Notes under the pieces: model-generated | What the model was told of the DNA's origin: nothing | Seen by the model: only the letters and a program-made list of their open reading frames with translations | Databases searched by the model: none | Position numbers and translations under genes: made by a program | NCBI GenBank assembly: GCA_022729235.1 | Contig: JALDAJ010000001.1 | Span: forward strand, 128,001 to 192,000 | Direction: 5' to 3' | Length of the DNA stretch: 64,000 nucleotides | From: Candidatus Nanohalarchaeota archaeon | GTDB taxonomy: Archaea > Nanohalarchaeota > Nanosalinia > Nanosalinales > Nanosalinaceae | Shown: in pieces, positions 18,207 through 27,921 of the stretch | Position numbering within the stretch: the stretch's first letter is position 1 | How the letters are laid out: every line of letters begins with the position of its first letter

Positions 18207-20455
18207 ACTCTTTCCGTAAGGGTCAGGGCGTCAACATCGACTGGACAGTGGGTCTCGCTGTCTTTCTAGTAAGCATGCTTTCAGGCATGATACTGGCAGC
18301 CGCGATGAACGTTGACCATGGCGCAGTAGACGAGACCCGGCAGGCAGCATCGCTTGTCCAGCAGGCTCTGGAGGAAGAAACATATGTAACTGGCAGACAG
18401 GCACCGCTCATCGTCCATACCCCTTCAGAAACAGGGAAGATACCCATCGACCGCGACTATATCTTTCCAGAAGAAGCCTATCCAGGATCAGGCGCGATGG
18501 ACACCCCCGCCGACATCGACATACCAGATCAACGCGTCACAACCGTAGTTGGAGGGAAAAACACGACTCACAGCCTGAGTTACTTCTTCGAGGATAACGC
18601 CAATATTAGTTATCAGGAAGAGAACGACATAGAAACTGGCGACCGGATGGAGAACACATATATCTCCGTTAAACCAGAAAGTCCCGGTCTTCAGTCCCTG
18701 CAGATAAACGGTAACGAAATCCTGAACGATAACGCGGACCTCAACGGCGGCGACTTCTCGATAGAAGAGCACGAGATACACGCATCCACACTTGACGGAG
18801 ACCTCAAACTGTACAACGGTTCCACCGAACTCATACTTGAAGACGCGGGAGATGTAGAGTTCTACCTGAAAGACTTTGACGATCTTTACTGGTACGCCGA
18901 CGAATCCACGACCACACTCGACACAACCAGCACATACAAGTCAGGAGAGACGAAAGGGTTCACCATCGCCTCGGACTACGGCATCACGTTCATGGGTGAA
19001 GACCTGGAAGCCACGGTTTCCAAAACCGATAGCTCAACCGTAGAAGCTGACATAACAGACGCTTCCCGCCTGAGAATCTACCTGCACGACTCCGGGACAG
19101 AAGCAGGCGAGGACAGGATAGAGTTCTTCGATGAAGGCGACATAGTATTCGGAGCCGAGGAAGTAATCGAAGGCGCGGACCAGGAAAAAGTCGAAGAACT
19201 GGCAGAAACCTCTGAAAGAAACTTCGAGAACAGGCTTGACCTGGACGACGTAAGTTACAACATCGCCTTCGGACCCTGGCTCAAAGACCTCGTCGCGGAG
19301 CAGCAGGACTGGAACACAGGAAGCTTCGAAGGAACCTCCGCGGACAGGAAAGACAACTCCGGCGACCTCGGACTCGGATACAGGAACGGTACCGCCGGAG
19401 ACTCACTAGTCGGATACTGGAGACTTGACAGAGAGGTCGCGGGAGATGGAGGAACAGTAATTGATTATTCAGGAGAAAAAAATGACGGCGCAACAGTTAA
19501 TGATGTGGAAACAGGAGCACCAGGCGTATTCGGGACGAACGCATTCGAGTTTGATGGTGAAGACAGTAAGGTAGATATTGATTCTCCTCTACTCGGCACA
19601 GAGGAAGCCACAATATGCTCTTGGATGCGTAGAGAACGAACTGATTTATCCCACGACTGGGGTCATGGAATCGTTAATGACTATGAAAATACAGATGGAG
19701 AAAGAAACTTTTTGTTCAGAGAATATCCAGCTGGTTCCGTACGTTATGGGTTTGGTGATGGTTCGTCGATAGATACCGGAACAATAGATATGGGGATTGA
19801 AGCTTTCAAATGGCATCACGTGTGTATACGGTTCCAAGGTTCCGATAGCAAATCGGCATGTGTTGATGGTGACTGTGTCTCAAGTTCGACTAGTATCAGC
19901 TCACTAGGAGAAAACGACAATGATAATGCTGAGATCGGGCAATACAGAGGTACTGCTCCTATGGATGGTAAAATCGATGAAATCAAAATCTACGACCGCG
20001 CTCTCTCGGAGGAGGAGATCAAGGAGCTTTACTTCCATGGTGAGCCTTTCAAGGGCAACTATACGCGCTCTGAAAGCTTTGATACGCTGCAGAGTTGGGA
20101 GTCTGTAAGGGCGGATGCGAGTGTTCCTGCGGATACCAGTCTGGAGATGGAGTTCGAGGCGGTAAGGTTCGGGAGCGTTGTTGACAGCCAGACATTCGGA
20201 ATTCAGGACGGAGAGGAGGAGTACCAGCTCTCTCTTGAGGAGACTGATGAGTACAGGGTTGTCTTCAGGGGAGAGTCAGAGGATGTCGAAAAGTCGTGGG
20301 AGGTAAAGGAGTTTGAGGTAGAGCACGGGCCTATGGTCAAGCGAGGTCAGACATTGCCGTTCCGTGACGTGGTTGTCTCTGATAGTCCGTCCGTTATGCT
20401 CGGGCGTTATGGAAACTTTTCTATAATCGACAGCAGGGTGGCGGTATGGCGGTAG
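18203..20455 (+). CDS. Prepilin-like (class III signal peptide) protein with a LamG domain
   Basis: RKG|Q followed by a hydrophobic stretch; SLVGYWRLD...GKIDEIKIYDRALSEEEIKELY LamG domain. Confidence 0.78.
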   Translation: MNSFRKGQGVNIDWTVGLAVFLVSMLSGMILAAAMNVDHGAVDETRQAASLVQQALEEETYVTGRQAPLIVHTPSETGKIPIDRDYIFPEEAYPGSGAMDTPADIDIPDQRVTTVVGGKNTTHSLSYFFEDNANISYQEENDIETGDRMENTYISVKPESPGLQSLQINGNEILNDNADLNGGDFSIEEHEIHASTLDGDLKLYNGSTELILEDAGDVEFYLKDFDDLYWYADESTTTLDTTSTYKSGETKGFTIASDYGITFMGEDLEATVSKTDSSTVEADITDASRLRIYLHDSGTEAGEDRIEFFDEGDIVFGAEEVIEGADQEKVEELAETSERNFENRLDLDDVSYNIAFGPWLKDLVAEQQDWNTGSFEGTSADRKDNSGDLGLGYRNGTAGDSLVGYWRLDREVAGDGGTVIDYSGEKNDGATVNDVETGAPGVFGTNAFEFDGEDSKVDIDSPLLGTEEATICSWMRRERTDLSHDWGHGIVNDYENTDGERNFLFREYPAGSVRYGFGDGSSIDTGTIDMGIEAFKWHHVCIRFQGSDSKSACVDGDCVSSSTSISSLGENDNDNAEIGQYRGTAPMDGKIDEIKIYDRALSEEEIKELYFHGEPFKGNYTRSESFDTLQSWESVRADASVPADTSLEMEFEAVRFGSVVDSQTFGIQDGEEEYQLSLEETDEYRVVFRGESEDVEKSWEVKEFEVEHGPMVKRGQTLPFRDVVVSDSPSVMLGRYGNFSIIDSRVAVWR

Positions 20456-21099
20456 TTTCCTTACTCGAAGAGTTAGCGCACCTCAAGAAAATCTCCGATT
20501 TTCGCCGCAAAGGCTTTGTCTACACGCTTGAGGCTGTGATCGCTGCGACCCTCTTCATGACTATTATACTAGTTGTCCTCCCGGGGATCCAGGATCAGTC
20601 ACTGGATAGAGGTCTGCAGGAGTCGGTTCACGCCTCTATGGAGTCTCTTGACATGGCTGGAGAACTTGAAGCCGGGATGTCTGCTTCTGAGATAGAAGCC
20701 GAGCTAGACCCTTATATCCCTCCAGGAATCAGTTACTCGGTCAAACTGTCAGAGCTGGATACAGAGACCCGGCGTTTCAACGCGCCAGAGGAGTTTTCTT
20801 TCAGTGAAGAAGGTGACCGGGCAGAACTAAAGCTGTGGATAGATTACGCGGACGACCTTACCGTTACATTCCAGGACGAGACCATTGTAGAAAACCACGA
20901 CTCCCCGGATTATATCCAGGGAGAGCTCTCTGGGGCAGATGGTGACCTGAGCTTTACAGGGGACGGAGAGGGCAGGTTCGACTTTGATGTGTATACTTCG
21001 AGCGGTGAAACACCAGATACAGAGAACCTGAGGTCGGTTAACTACATCATCTCAGGGGAGAAAATAACAGAGATACAGGTGTTCCTATGGCAGGAATAA
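20446..21099 (+). CDS. Prepilin-like protein (class III signal peptide)
   Basis: RRKG|FVYTLEAVIAATLF. Confidence 0.72.
   Translation: MAVVSLLEELAHLKKISDFRRKGFVYTLEAVIAATLFMTIILVVLPGIQDQSLDRGLQESVHASMESLDMAGELEAGMSASEIEAELDPYIPPGISYSVKLSELDTETRRFNAPEEFSFSEEGDRAELKLWIDYADDLTVTFQDETIVENHDSPDYIQGELSGADGDLSFTGDGEGRFDFDVYTSSGETPDTENLRSVNYIISGEKITEIQVFLWQE
20461..20504. repeat. Two-hairpin palindromic element inside a coding region
   Basis: actc-gaa-gagt ... cctcaa gaaaatc-tcc-gattttc g; resembles 30747-30797. Confidence 0.6.
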
Positions 21100-21653
21100 C
21101 CAGTTATACCGGTAGAAAAGGGCAGACATTTATCCTCGGGTCAATAATTTTCTCACTGTTCCTTGTCATCGCGTTTATCGCGACAGGACCTGTTATCCTT
21201 ACTCCAGAGACAGGTGTGTCAACTTATTTCTCGCAGACACTGGGAGAATCCAGCAATGTCTTCAACCATGCATTAGAAAAAGAGCGTTCTGCAGAGCATA
21301 TCAGCACACGCATACACCGCTACGACCGTTTTGTGGAGCGTAGGGCGCTGGAGAAAGGCATAACTTACGAGACATACACTCTTGTGGTTCTCCCGCAGGA
21401 GGGAGAGGCAAGATTCACCAACCTGATGGATGAAGACCTGGATGTAAGTCTTTACACCGGCAGCTGGGAGGACTATGAAATCGAACAGGGTCAGAACCTC
21501 TCCACGACCTTCGAGCCCGGAACTGTATCGGTCGAGCTCGTGGTAGATAACCTCGACAAAGAGCACTCTTTCGATGCTTCAACACCTAGATTACTCAAGC
21601 ATTCAGTGATGGAGTCTGAAGGCGAGAGATGGGAGAACACGCTTCTAGGGTAA
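21087..21653 (+). CDS. Prepilin-like protein (class III signal peptide)
   Basis: GRKG|QTFILGSIIFSLFLVI. Confidence 0.72.
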   Translation: MAGITSYTGRKGQTFILGSIIFSLFLVIAFIATGPVILTPETGVSTYFSQTLGESSNVFNHALEKERSAEHISTRIHRYDRFVERRALEKGITYETYTLVVLPQEGEARFTNLMDEDLDVSLYTGSWEDYEIEQGQNLSTTFEPGTVSVELVVDNLDKEHSFDASTPRLLKHSVMESEGERWENTLLG

Positions 21654-21654
21654 T

Positions 21655-21685
21655 CATTTAAGCCGGCGAGGAAAAAATGCCTGTA
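21655..21685 (+). promoter_or_regulatory. Putative archaeal TATA box for a leaderless transcript
   Basis: tttaag at 21657-21662, ~23 nt before ATG 21685; similar spacing is seen before gatD and 55642. Confidence 0.4.
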
Positions 21686-22413
21686 TGAGCAAGGGCTTAT
21701 CCCAGATAGCGACCGCCGCCCTGTACGTAGGTGTTACCATTACCGCGATCTCGGTAGCTCTCACCGCTGGTCTTCCTGCGCTCGAAAACATACAGGATGC
21801 CGCCGCGATATCACAGGCGGAGACCTTTATGCACGAACTCGACTCCAACATACAGGAAGTGGTCTCCGAGGGAGAAGGCTCTACGCGAACGCTTGAGGTA
21901 AGCTTTGAACGCGGAGAGATGTACTTTGAAAACGAGACAGACTCATTGATATACGAGCTTCAAACAGACGCAGAAGTTATCTCGCCGCAGTCATCCCAGA
22001 GAACAGGAAACGTTATCCTGAGCTCTAACGCCGAGGTGGAAGTATTTGAAACAGAAGTAGGTGGCGAGGACTGCTACATGATGAGAAACGAACACATAAC
22101 AGCATGTATCAACAATACCGGTAGCCCGGACAGCTTTGAGGACATAGACACTTCTGACCTCCTAGTAACCTATAACTTCACCGGTACAGAGCCAGACAAG
22201 GCTCTCGACGCCGAGATGAGCGTAGAACTTAATGAAATAGAAGAGACGTCCTGGGGAGAAGGGTATATCGAAGCTGAAACCACTGGCGACTTCATAGGTA
22301 CCGGGCGCGTCCGGGCAACTGTAATCAGCGAGTACGGCTACACTTACGATATAATATTCTCACTACCTACCGGCGCGGATTTCCTCCAGGTAGATGTCCA
22401 GAATTTCCGGTAA
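21685..22413 (+). CDS. Prepilin-like protein (class III signal peptide)
   Basis: SKG|LSQIATAALYVGVTITAI; EGEGSTR motif similar to 41725..42369. Confidence 0.72.
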   Translation: MSKGLSQIATAALYVGVTITAISVALTAGLPALENIQDAAAISQAETFMHELDSNIQEVVSEGEGSTRTLEVSFERGEMYFENETDSLIYELQTDAEVISPQSSQRTGNVILSSNAEVEVFETEVGGEDCYMMRNEHITACINNTGSPDSFEDIDTSDLLVTYNFTGTEPDKALDAEMSVELNEIEETSWGEGYIEAETTGDFIGTGRVRATVISEYGYTYDIIFSLPTGADFLQVDVQNFR

Positions 22414-22770
22414 TCAAGTCCCGGGAACTCCTATAGCCGTAAAGGCTGTGACTTCAAACAGGGCAAGTATGTAAAGGACTACAAGCACCGATACCCACGC
22501 GATCAGCCCTATACCGGCTGCTTCAGTCCATCCTCCAGGATACATCATATTGATTACAGCAATCCATGCCAGGAGCGCCAATAAAGGTCCTACAAGAGGT
22601 ATGACTCCGAGAAAAAAGCCTACAACCGCCCAGACAATAGCGCCTATCAACGCGGTCACAACTGCATCAGAGTACTCTGACTCCTCAACTATAGCCATGG
22701 CTCCCAGGTGAATACCGAGTGCGCCTATCGCCAGGCTTACGAGGAAAACAACTATAGAGGCTAGTACCAT
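22414..22770 (-). CDS. Small 4-TM membrane protein
   Basis: Hydrophobic 118 aa with YPGGW..AA.I. Confidence 0.7.
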   Translation of the reverse strand: MVLASIVVFLVSLAIGALGIHLGAMAIVEESEYSDAVVTALIGAIVWAVVGFFLGVIPLVGPLLALLAWIAVINMMYPGGWTEAAGIGLIAWVSVLVVLYILALFEVTAFTAIGVPGT

Positions 22771-22898
22771 GTCCCAAACCGTCTTATCCAGTTTAAAATC
22801 GTTATGCTCACCGGAACAAATGTTTTCATCGACCTAAATCCATGGTAACCGCTAATTACACCCGATAACCATCGCAACCCGAGACCTAATACACCTCC

Positions 22899-23618
22899 TT
22901 ACTCCATCTCCTCTGTCTCTTCCCTGGCTCTCCGAGCCCATTCATCGATGTTATCATCCACGTAATCTCTCATACCCAGTCCGAAACCAAGACCTATGGC
23001 GAGCGCGATTCCGAGACCTAGCCCCAGCGCTGCAGCGCCGGCGAAGATATACAGGAACCCTACGTCGACACCCATCGTGTCGAGACCTATCGCGATAACC
23101 AGGAAGTAAAGGAATACACGGACACCGTCCGCGAACCAGCCGGTGTAGCGCATATGAGTAACTGCCCTGGTACGCTCTATCACATCTCCTAGAAAGTCGG
23201 CGAGTATGAACCCGATTATGATTATCAACAACCCGGCTATAAACGCAGGTAAATACGCGACAGCCATTGACATCCACTGTGAAAGCATCGGGATCGCAAG
23301 CACGTCGACCGCGGCGAAAATAGCAAGGATGTAGATGAACCATTTCACCAGTTTCCCGAAGAACAATGAGACCGCGTCCTCGGTCTCCCCTATCATCCTT
23401 CCTATGGGAGTACCCACTATCCTGGCATCAAGCTCTGTTCTCGCCAGTAGCCTCCTTACAAAGGACCCTACAAATATACCTACAGCCCATCCTATCAGGA
23501 GTATTACCAGTGCGGCAAAGATACGTGGAAAAACAACAATCAGAGACTGTAGCGGGTCCTGCATCCATGCAGGCATCTGGTTTATAAACTGTTCTTCCTG
23601 TACCTGTAAAGCAGTCAT
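22899..23618 (-). CDS. TM-helix repeat protein (CmpX/MscS N-terminal-like)
   Basis: Duplicated P...AAL.IL.IG...(A/G)...G segments; GLGIALAIGLGFGLG.RD. Confidence 0.75.
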   Translation of the reverse strand: MTALQVQEEQFINQMPAWMQDPLQSLIVVFPRIFAALVILLIGWAVGIFVGSFVRRLLARTELDARIVGTPIGRMIGETEDAVSLFFGKLVKWFIYILAIFAAVDVLAIPMLSQWMSMAVAYLPAFIAGLLIIIIGFILADFLGDVIERTRAVTHMRYTGWFADGVRVFLYFLVIAIGLDTMGVDVGFLYIFAGAAALGLGLGIALAIGLGFGLGMRDYVDDNIDEWARRAREETEEME

Positions 23619-23808
23619 AGATTACCACGGGACAGGGAACCCAGTTACGGCGATTTTTAAACCCATTACTTCACTCTCCCGCAATATTTCCGCTAGAAAA
23701 CCGGTTTGAAACTGTCAAACCTGCCTAAAACATCTTCTACAACCTCAAAACCACTGTAAATAACTACCCTAGTAATTTAACAGGAAGGTCAAAAATATCC
23801 AGTAAACC

Positions 23809-24273
23809 GTGAAAAAACACATCGCTCTACTTCTAACCCTGGCACTGCTATTCGCGGGCGTCGCTGCGTATCAAGCGGACCGAGATATGTCGCAGGCATC
23901 CAATATTTCTTCTTTCGAAGAGGAGACCATCAACATCTCCCACGTAAAAGATGAGATTCCCGGACCAGTAGAGCTTCTGATCCCCGGTCAGAGAATCAAC
24001 ACCAATATCGAAGGCGTGCACGAAAATGCCACAACCCAGTTTCCCCGGAATCTATCCGTAGAGGTAGACTCATCTCTTGAAGAGGTTACGGTAAGCAAAA
24101 ACCATACGGAAGACCCGACGCTTGAGATATGGTTGGATATCAGCGTTCTAGCAGAGGATCCGTCACAAAGCGGGATTGTAGACCACATAAAGGAAGGAAA
24201 TATAGAAATCAAAGCCCACGGATTACTGAACAACGCGCTGCTTTTCACCGCGGAGAGAACCTTCCTGAGGTAG
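23809..24273 (+). CDS. Secreted hypothetical protein
   Basis: Signal peptide; acidic composition. Confidence 0.6.
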   Translation: MKKHIALLLTLALLFAGVAAYQADRDMSQASNISSFEEETINISHVKDEIPGPVELLIPGQRINTNIEGVHENATTQFPRNLSVEVDSSLEEVTVSKNHTEDPTLEIWLDISVLAEDPSQSGIVDHIKEGNIEIKAHGLLNNALLFTAERTFLR

Positions 24274-24326
24274 TCTATACGCATCTGATACAAACTAATT
24301 AATATCGAAAACCTATTTTACAGCTT

Positions 24327-24839
24327 ATGAGAGTCTTAAAAACCTCTATAATTGTTTTATCGCTAATCATAATCGCCTCAGGTTGTATAGACAGTAAAAA
24401 AATCGATCAACGCCCAGTAGAAGAGGTAATCGATGCTGACACAGTAAGAGTTAAAGACGCTCCAGGAACGGAGACCATCCGGATAATAGGTGCGGATGCA
24501 CCTGAAACCTTTGGTCAGAACCAGCCAGAGTTCTTCAACCTTGAAGATACAGAGGAAAACCGGCAGTGCCTGGATGAAAAAGCCAAAGAAGCCGATGACT
24601 ACGTTAGAGAGTTACTGGAAAACGAGACGGTCAGGCTGGAAACAGACCCGCTTGAAGGACCACGAGACCAGTACGACCGGAAACTGGCGTACGTCTTCAT
24701 CGACGGCAAAACCATTGGAGAAAAGTTAATGGAGAACGGCTACGCTACTGTTTTTCCCACAGACTTCAGGTACGAGAGGAAATACCAGGAGTTAGAGGTA
24801 GAAGCAAAGCACCACGAGATAGGGGTGTGGAGCTGTTAG
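24327..24839 (+). CDS. Thermonuclease (SNase-like) lipoprotein
   Basis: Lipobox ASGC; VIDADT, IRIIGADAPE, DQYDRKLAYV and GVWS motifs. Confidence 0.9.
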   Translation: MRVLKTSIIVLSLIIIASGCIDSKKIDQRPVEEVIDADTVRVKDAPGTETIRIIGADAPETFGQNQPEFFNLEDTEENRQCLDEKAKEADDYVRELLENETVRLETDPLEGPRDQYDRKLAYVFIDGKTIGEKLMENGYATVFPTDFRYERKYQELEVEAKHHEIGVWSC

Positions 24840-24849
24840 AAACGATGTA

Positions 24850-25194
24850 CTATAGTAAGTTAATCGTTATCGGATAGTCCCAGGCTTCTCCTTCAGAAGC
24901 CTTGACAGCAGCCACTATACAGAATATCAGGTCAAGTAGCCCCAGTATAACTACGAAGAGAAATCCTATCAGGACAACCATCAGTACAGCGGATATAACC
25001 ATATAGATGGAGAATGAAATCTGCCAGTTAAGCGCATTAGCCGCATTCTCCTTGACAAACTCGTCATCAGTGAAAACATAAACCAGAAGAGGACCCAAAA
25101 TCCAGGTAAAAAGAGCCAATATATGCGTTAGAGCCGCCAAACCCGCATCATTCTCGGTCTGACCTGAACTCTGCTCTCCGTTTTCCTCTTCCAT
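24850..25194 (-). CDS. DUF4870/Tic20-like membrane protein
   Basis: LAALTHI...GPLLVY....FVKENA.NALNWQI...AAVKASEGE.WDYP; start taken at ATG 25194. Confidence 0.85.
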   Translation of the reverse strand: MEEENGEQSSGQTENDAGLAALTHILALFTWILGPLLVYVFTDDEFVKENAANALNWQISFSIYMVISAVLMVVLIGFLFVVILGLLDLIFCIVAAVKASEGEAWDYPITINLL

Positions 25195-25367
25195 AACTAA
25201 AACCTCTCCACCATATTTAATAGTCCTGCGATTCTTTGACAGCTTCTTAACCTGAATCAGTCCGAAATAGTTTCGTGGAGTAAAGACCTCTTGGTTGAGA
25301 GAGTCCTGAAAATTAGAGGCAAACACTTTATATCAGCTCATAAAAAACATCTCCAGGAGAGATAAAC

Positions 25368-27374
25368 ATGGACCTATTCTCGGCGATACTGCTGGCACAC
25401 TTCATGGGCTTCATCATGGGTGTCGGCGGCGCCACGGCGAGTGATGCACTGTTTTTCAAGACCATCAAGAACCGTCAGATAAGCCGGGACGAGTACAAAC
25501 TCCTGCACGAGGCTGGCAAAGTGGTTATGGGCGGACTGTCCCTGGCGATTATCTCGGGCATAGGTCTGCTACTTTACCAGTACTCCCAGATCGGTGAGAT
25601 AACTTACTGGGAGAACGCGTACTTCCAGGCAAAGCTTGTCCTCGTATCCCTGGTAGCTCTCAACGGTATCGCGTTCCACAGGAAAGTCTTGCCTTTCATG
25701 GAGAACCACCTTGGAGAAGACATGAGAGAGGAAGAGTTCAGCTCCCGTTTCTGGCTGTTCTCACTTACCGGCGCGGTTTCCATCACTTCCTGGTGGGGAG
25801 TGATATTCCTAGCAGTACTGGCTCCAACGCTACCGCTGCTGTACATCCTTAATATCTATCTACTCGTAATCGCGTCCGGCGCGCTGTTCGGCTACCTGAT
25901 GATGACACACGAGATATTTGCCGATAGGGAAATCCGAGAAGACTTCTCCGAAATCCCACATCGCTCCCTGGGAATCGCCGGCCTATTATTCGCAGGACTG
26001 GTTGTTCTGGGAGGAGCCTACCACGTAGCAAGTGCGGATGAGGCACACCATACTGTTTGTATAGTTGAAGATCCGCCATGGTTTGACTCGCCGGTTCTAG
26101 AAATAGAGCCGGGAGACACCGTTGAATGGGTTTACTGTGACGGCGACCACGGCATCCACACCCATCCTATCGAATCTATAAGCGGTCCTGAAGAGTTCAG
26201 CAGCGGTTTTGGTCTTGTTGGGAAAGGCGAGGAGCGTGATACCTTCCAGCATACCTTTGAAGAGGAAGGAGTCTACGAGTATATCTGTCCGACACACCCC
26301 TACATGATGGGTGTTATAGCTGTCGGCAGCGACTACCATGACGAGGTTGGAAAAGAAGATGTGTGGCCGAAAGAGTCGATGGTAGCGGAAGAAGAAATAC
26401 TTGACGAACCCGATGTTCCAGGAGTTGGAGAGATATGGGTGAACACGCAGTATGAGGACATCGATGGTCAGGAAAATCCTGGCTCGATAACTGTTATCGA
26501 TGCGGAGACCTGGGAAATAACGGATACTATCACCCACGAATCATTCAACAACCCTCACAACCTGTGGAACGAGTACGAGGAAGAGTACGTTTTCCAGACA
26601 CAGTGGCACTCAAACGTCATAAACAAGATAGATGTAGCGAATCGCGAAGTGATAGAGACTCAAGAAGTCGGAAATGCTCCCGCCCACCTGTTCGTACATC
26701 CTGAAGAGGACAGGCTTTACACCACGCTCAACAACGAGAACCGTGTGGTTGTTACAGACCTTGACCTGAACATACTCGGAGAGATAGACAGCAGTTTTGG
26801 AGCACACGGCATATGGATGGATCCCTCGGGCGAGCATATGAGCGTCGCCGCCACGCTCAACGAGAAACTTGACATAATAGACCTTGAAGAGGAAGAAGTG
26901 GTTGAAACATTTGACGCTCCAGGCTTCCCGCTCGCAACACAGGTAACACATGACGGACAGTACGCGATGATAAGCCTGCTTTTCGAAGGAAAGGTAAGAT
27001 TTGTAGACCTTGACACGATGGAAATCGAGAAAGACGTGGAGGTCGGCGAACTACCTATCTGGGCGATGCCTGGTCCGAAAGGCGATTACGTCTTCGTCCC
27101 TAACACAGGTACTGCAGACATCTCCGTGATAGACTTGGAAACATTGGAAGTCGTGGAGACCCTTGACGCAGGCGCAGGCGCTCACGGAATCAGCTTCGGC
27201 GAGAAACAGGGAGGTGGCTATTACGGATACACCAGCAACAAGTATGAACACGTTGTAACAGTTATAGACTACGAGAACATGGAGACACTGGGTCACATAG
27301 ATATTGAAGAGGAAAAAATCGGCGGAAACGGCATATTGACGATTCCTAACCCTTACACGGAGATGGTAGAATGA
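25368..27374 (+). CDS. Multi-TM + type-1 cupredoxin + YVTN-like beta-propeller fusion protein
   Basis: 5-6 TM N-terminus; IEPGDTVEW...H...GVYEYICPTHPYM (Cys-His-Met site); repeated VG.AP/GAHGI/SVID..T.EV propeller blades. Confidence 0.8.
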   Translation: MDLFSAILLAHFMGFIMGVGGATASDALFFKTIKNRQISRDEYKLLHEAGKVVMGGLSLAIISGIGLLLYQYSQIGEITYWENAYFQAKLVLVSLVALNGIAFHRKVLPFMENHLGEDMREEEFSSRFWLFSLTGAVSITSWWGVIFLAVLAPTLPLLYILNIYLLVIASGALFGYLMMTHEIFADREIREDFSEIPHRSLGIAGLLFAGLVVLGGAYHVASADEAHHTVCIVEDPPWFDSPVLEIEPGDTVEWVYCDGDHGIHTHPIESISGPEEFSSGFGLVGKGEERDTFQHTFEEEGVYEYICPTHPYMMGVIAVGSDYHDEVGKEDVWPKESMVAEEEILDEPDVPGVGEIWVNTQYEDIDGQENPGSITVIDAETWEITDTITHESFNNPHNLWNEYEEEYVFQTQWHSNVINKIDVANREVIETQEVGNAPAHLFVHPEEDRLYTTLNNENRVVVTDLDLNILGEIDSSFGAHGIWMDPSGEHMSVAATLNEKLDIIDLEEEEVVETFDAPGFPLATQVTHDGQYAMISLLFEGKVRFVDLDTMEIEKDVEVGELPIWAMPGPKGDYVFVPNTGTADISVIDLETLEVVETLDAGAGAHGISFGEKQGGGYYGYTSNKYEHVVTVIDYENMETLGHIDIEEEKIGGNGILTIPNPYTEMVE

Positions 27375-27808
27375 GTGAAGAGCAGAGCTTTCCAGGACTG
27401 AGATTCCCGATTGCGATGCTGGCGGTCGCAGGTGTACTGGCAGCAACGCTGACAGTTCAAACAGTCTTCCTGATAGACTCAGGGGAGTTTCTTGCGGAAA
27501 CGGCAGCGGAGGAAACAGACCTGAGTCCTGAAGACGCTGACGTGCATGTAGCAGTCGGAGACGGCTACTTCATCCAGGATGACAGCGACCTGCCGGACGA
27601 TGTTGTCGAGGCAGAGGTAGGAGACGTGATCTACTTCTACAACGAGGGAGACATCAGGCACACCGCCACAGTACCAGAATTCGGATTTGACAGAGAGCTT
27701 GATCCAGGAGAAGAAGCTTTCCTCGAGGTCGACGAGCCAGCAGAAGAAACAGTCCTGGACTGCACACTGCACGCGCACCACGAGGCAGTTCTGACAGTCA
27801 GGGAGTAA
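27371..27808 (+). CDS. Membrane-anchored cupredoxin-domain protein
   Basis: VGDVIYFYNEGDIRHT...LDPGE...DCTLHAHH. Confidence 0.78.
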   Translation: MSEEQSFPGLRFPIAMLAVAGVLAATLTVQTVFLIDSGEFLAETAAEETDLSPEDADVHVAVGDGYFIQDDSDLPDDVVEAEVGDVIYFYNEGDIRHTATVPEFGFDRELDPGEEAFLEVDEPAEETVLDCTLHAHHEAVLTVRE

Positions 27809-27818
27809 GTAGAGAAAA

Positions 27819-27867
27819 TGGCAGGAACCCTGATTCGAAACTCGAAGATTCTCTAGGATCTGAACCG
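27819..27867 (-). repeat. Degenerate tRNA-Pro 3' fragment (att-like)
   Basis: tggcaggaaccctgattcgaaactcg...ggatctgaaccg resembles 30730-30807 and the tRNA 3' end. Confidence 0.6.
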
Positions 27868-27921
27868 AAATTACAGAGGGGTGCGGGAAAAGATAAAAAT
27901 ATTCAATACACACATCTGTGT

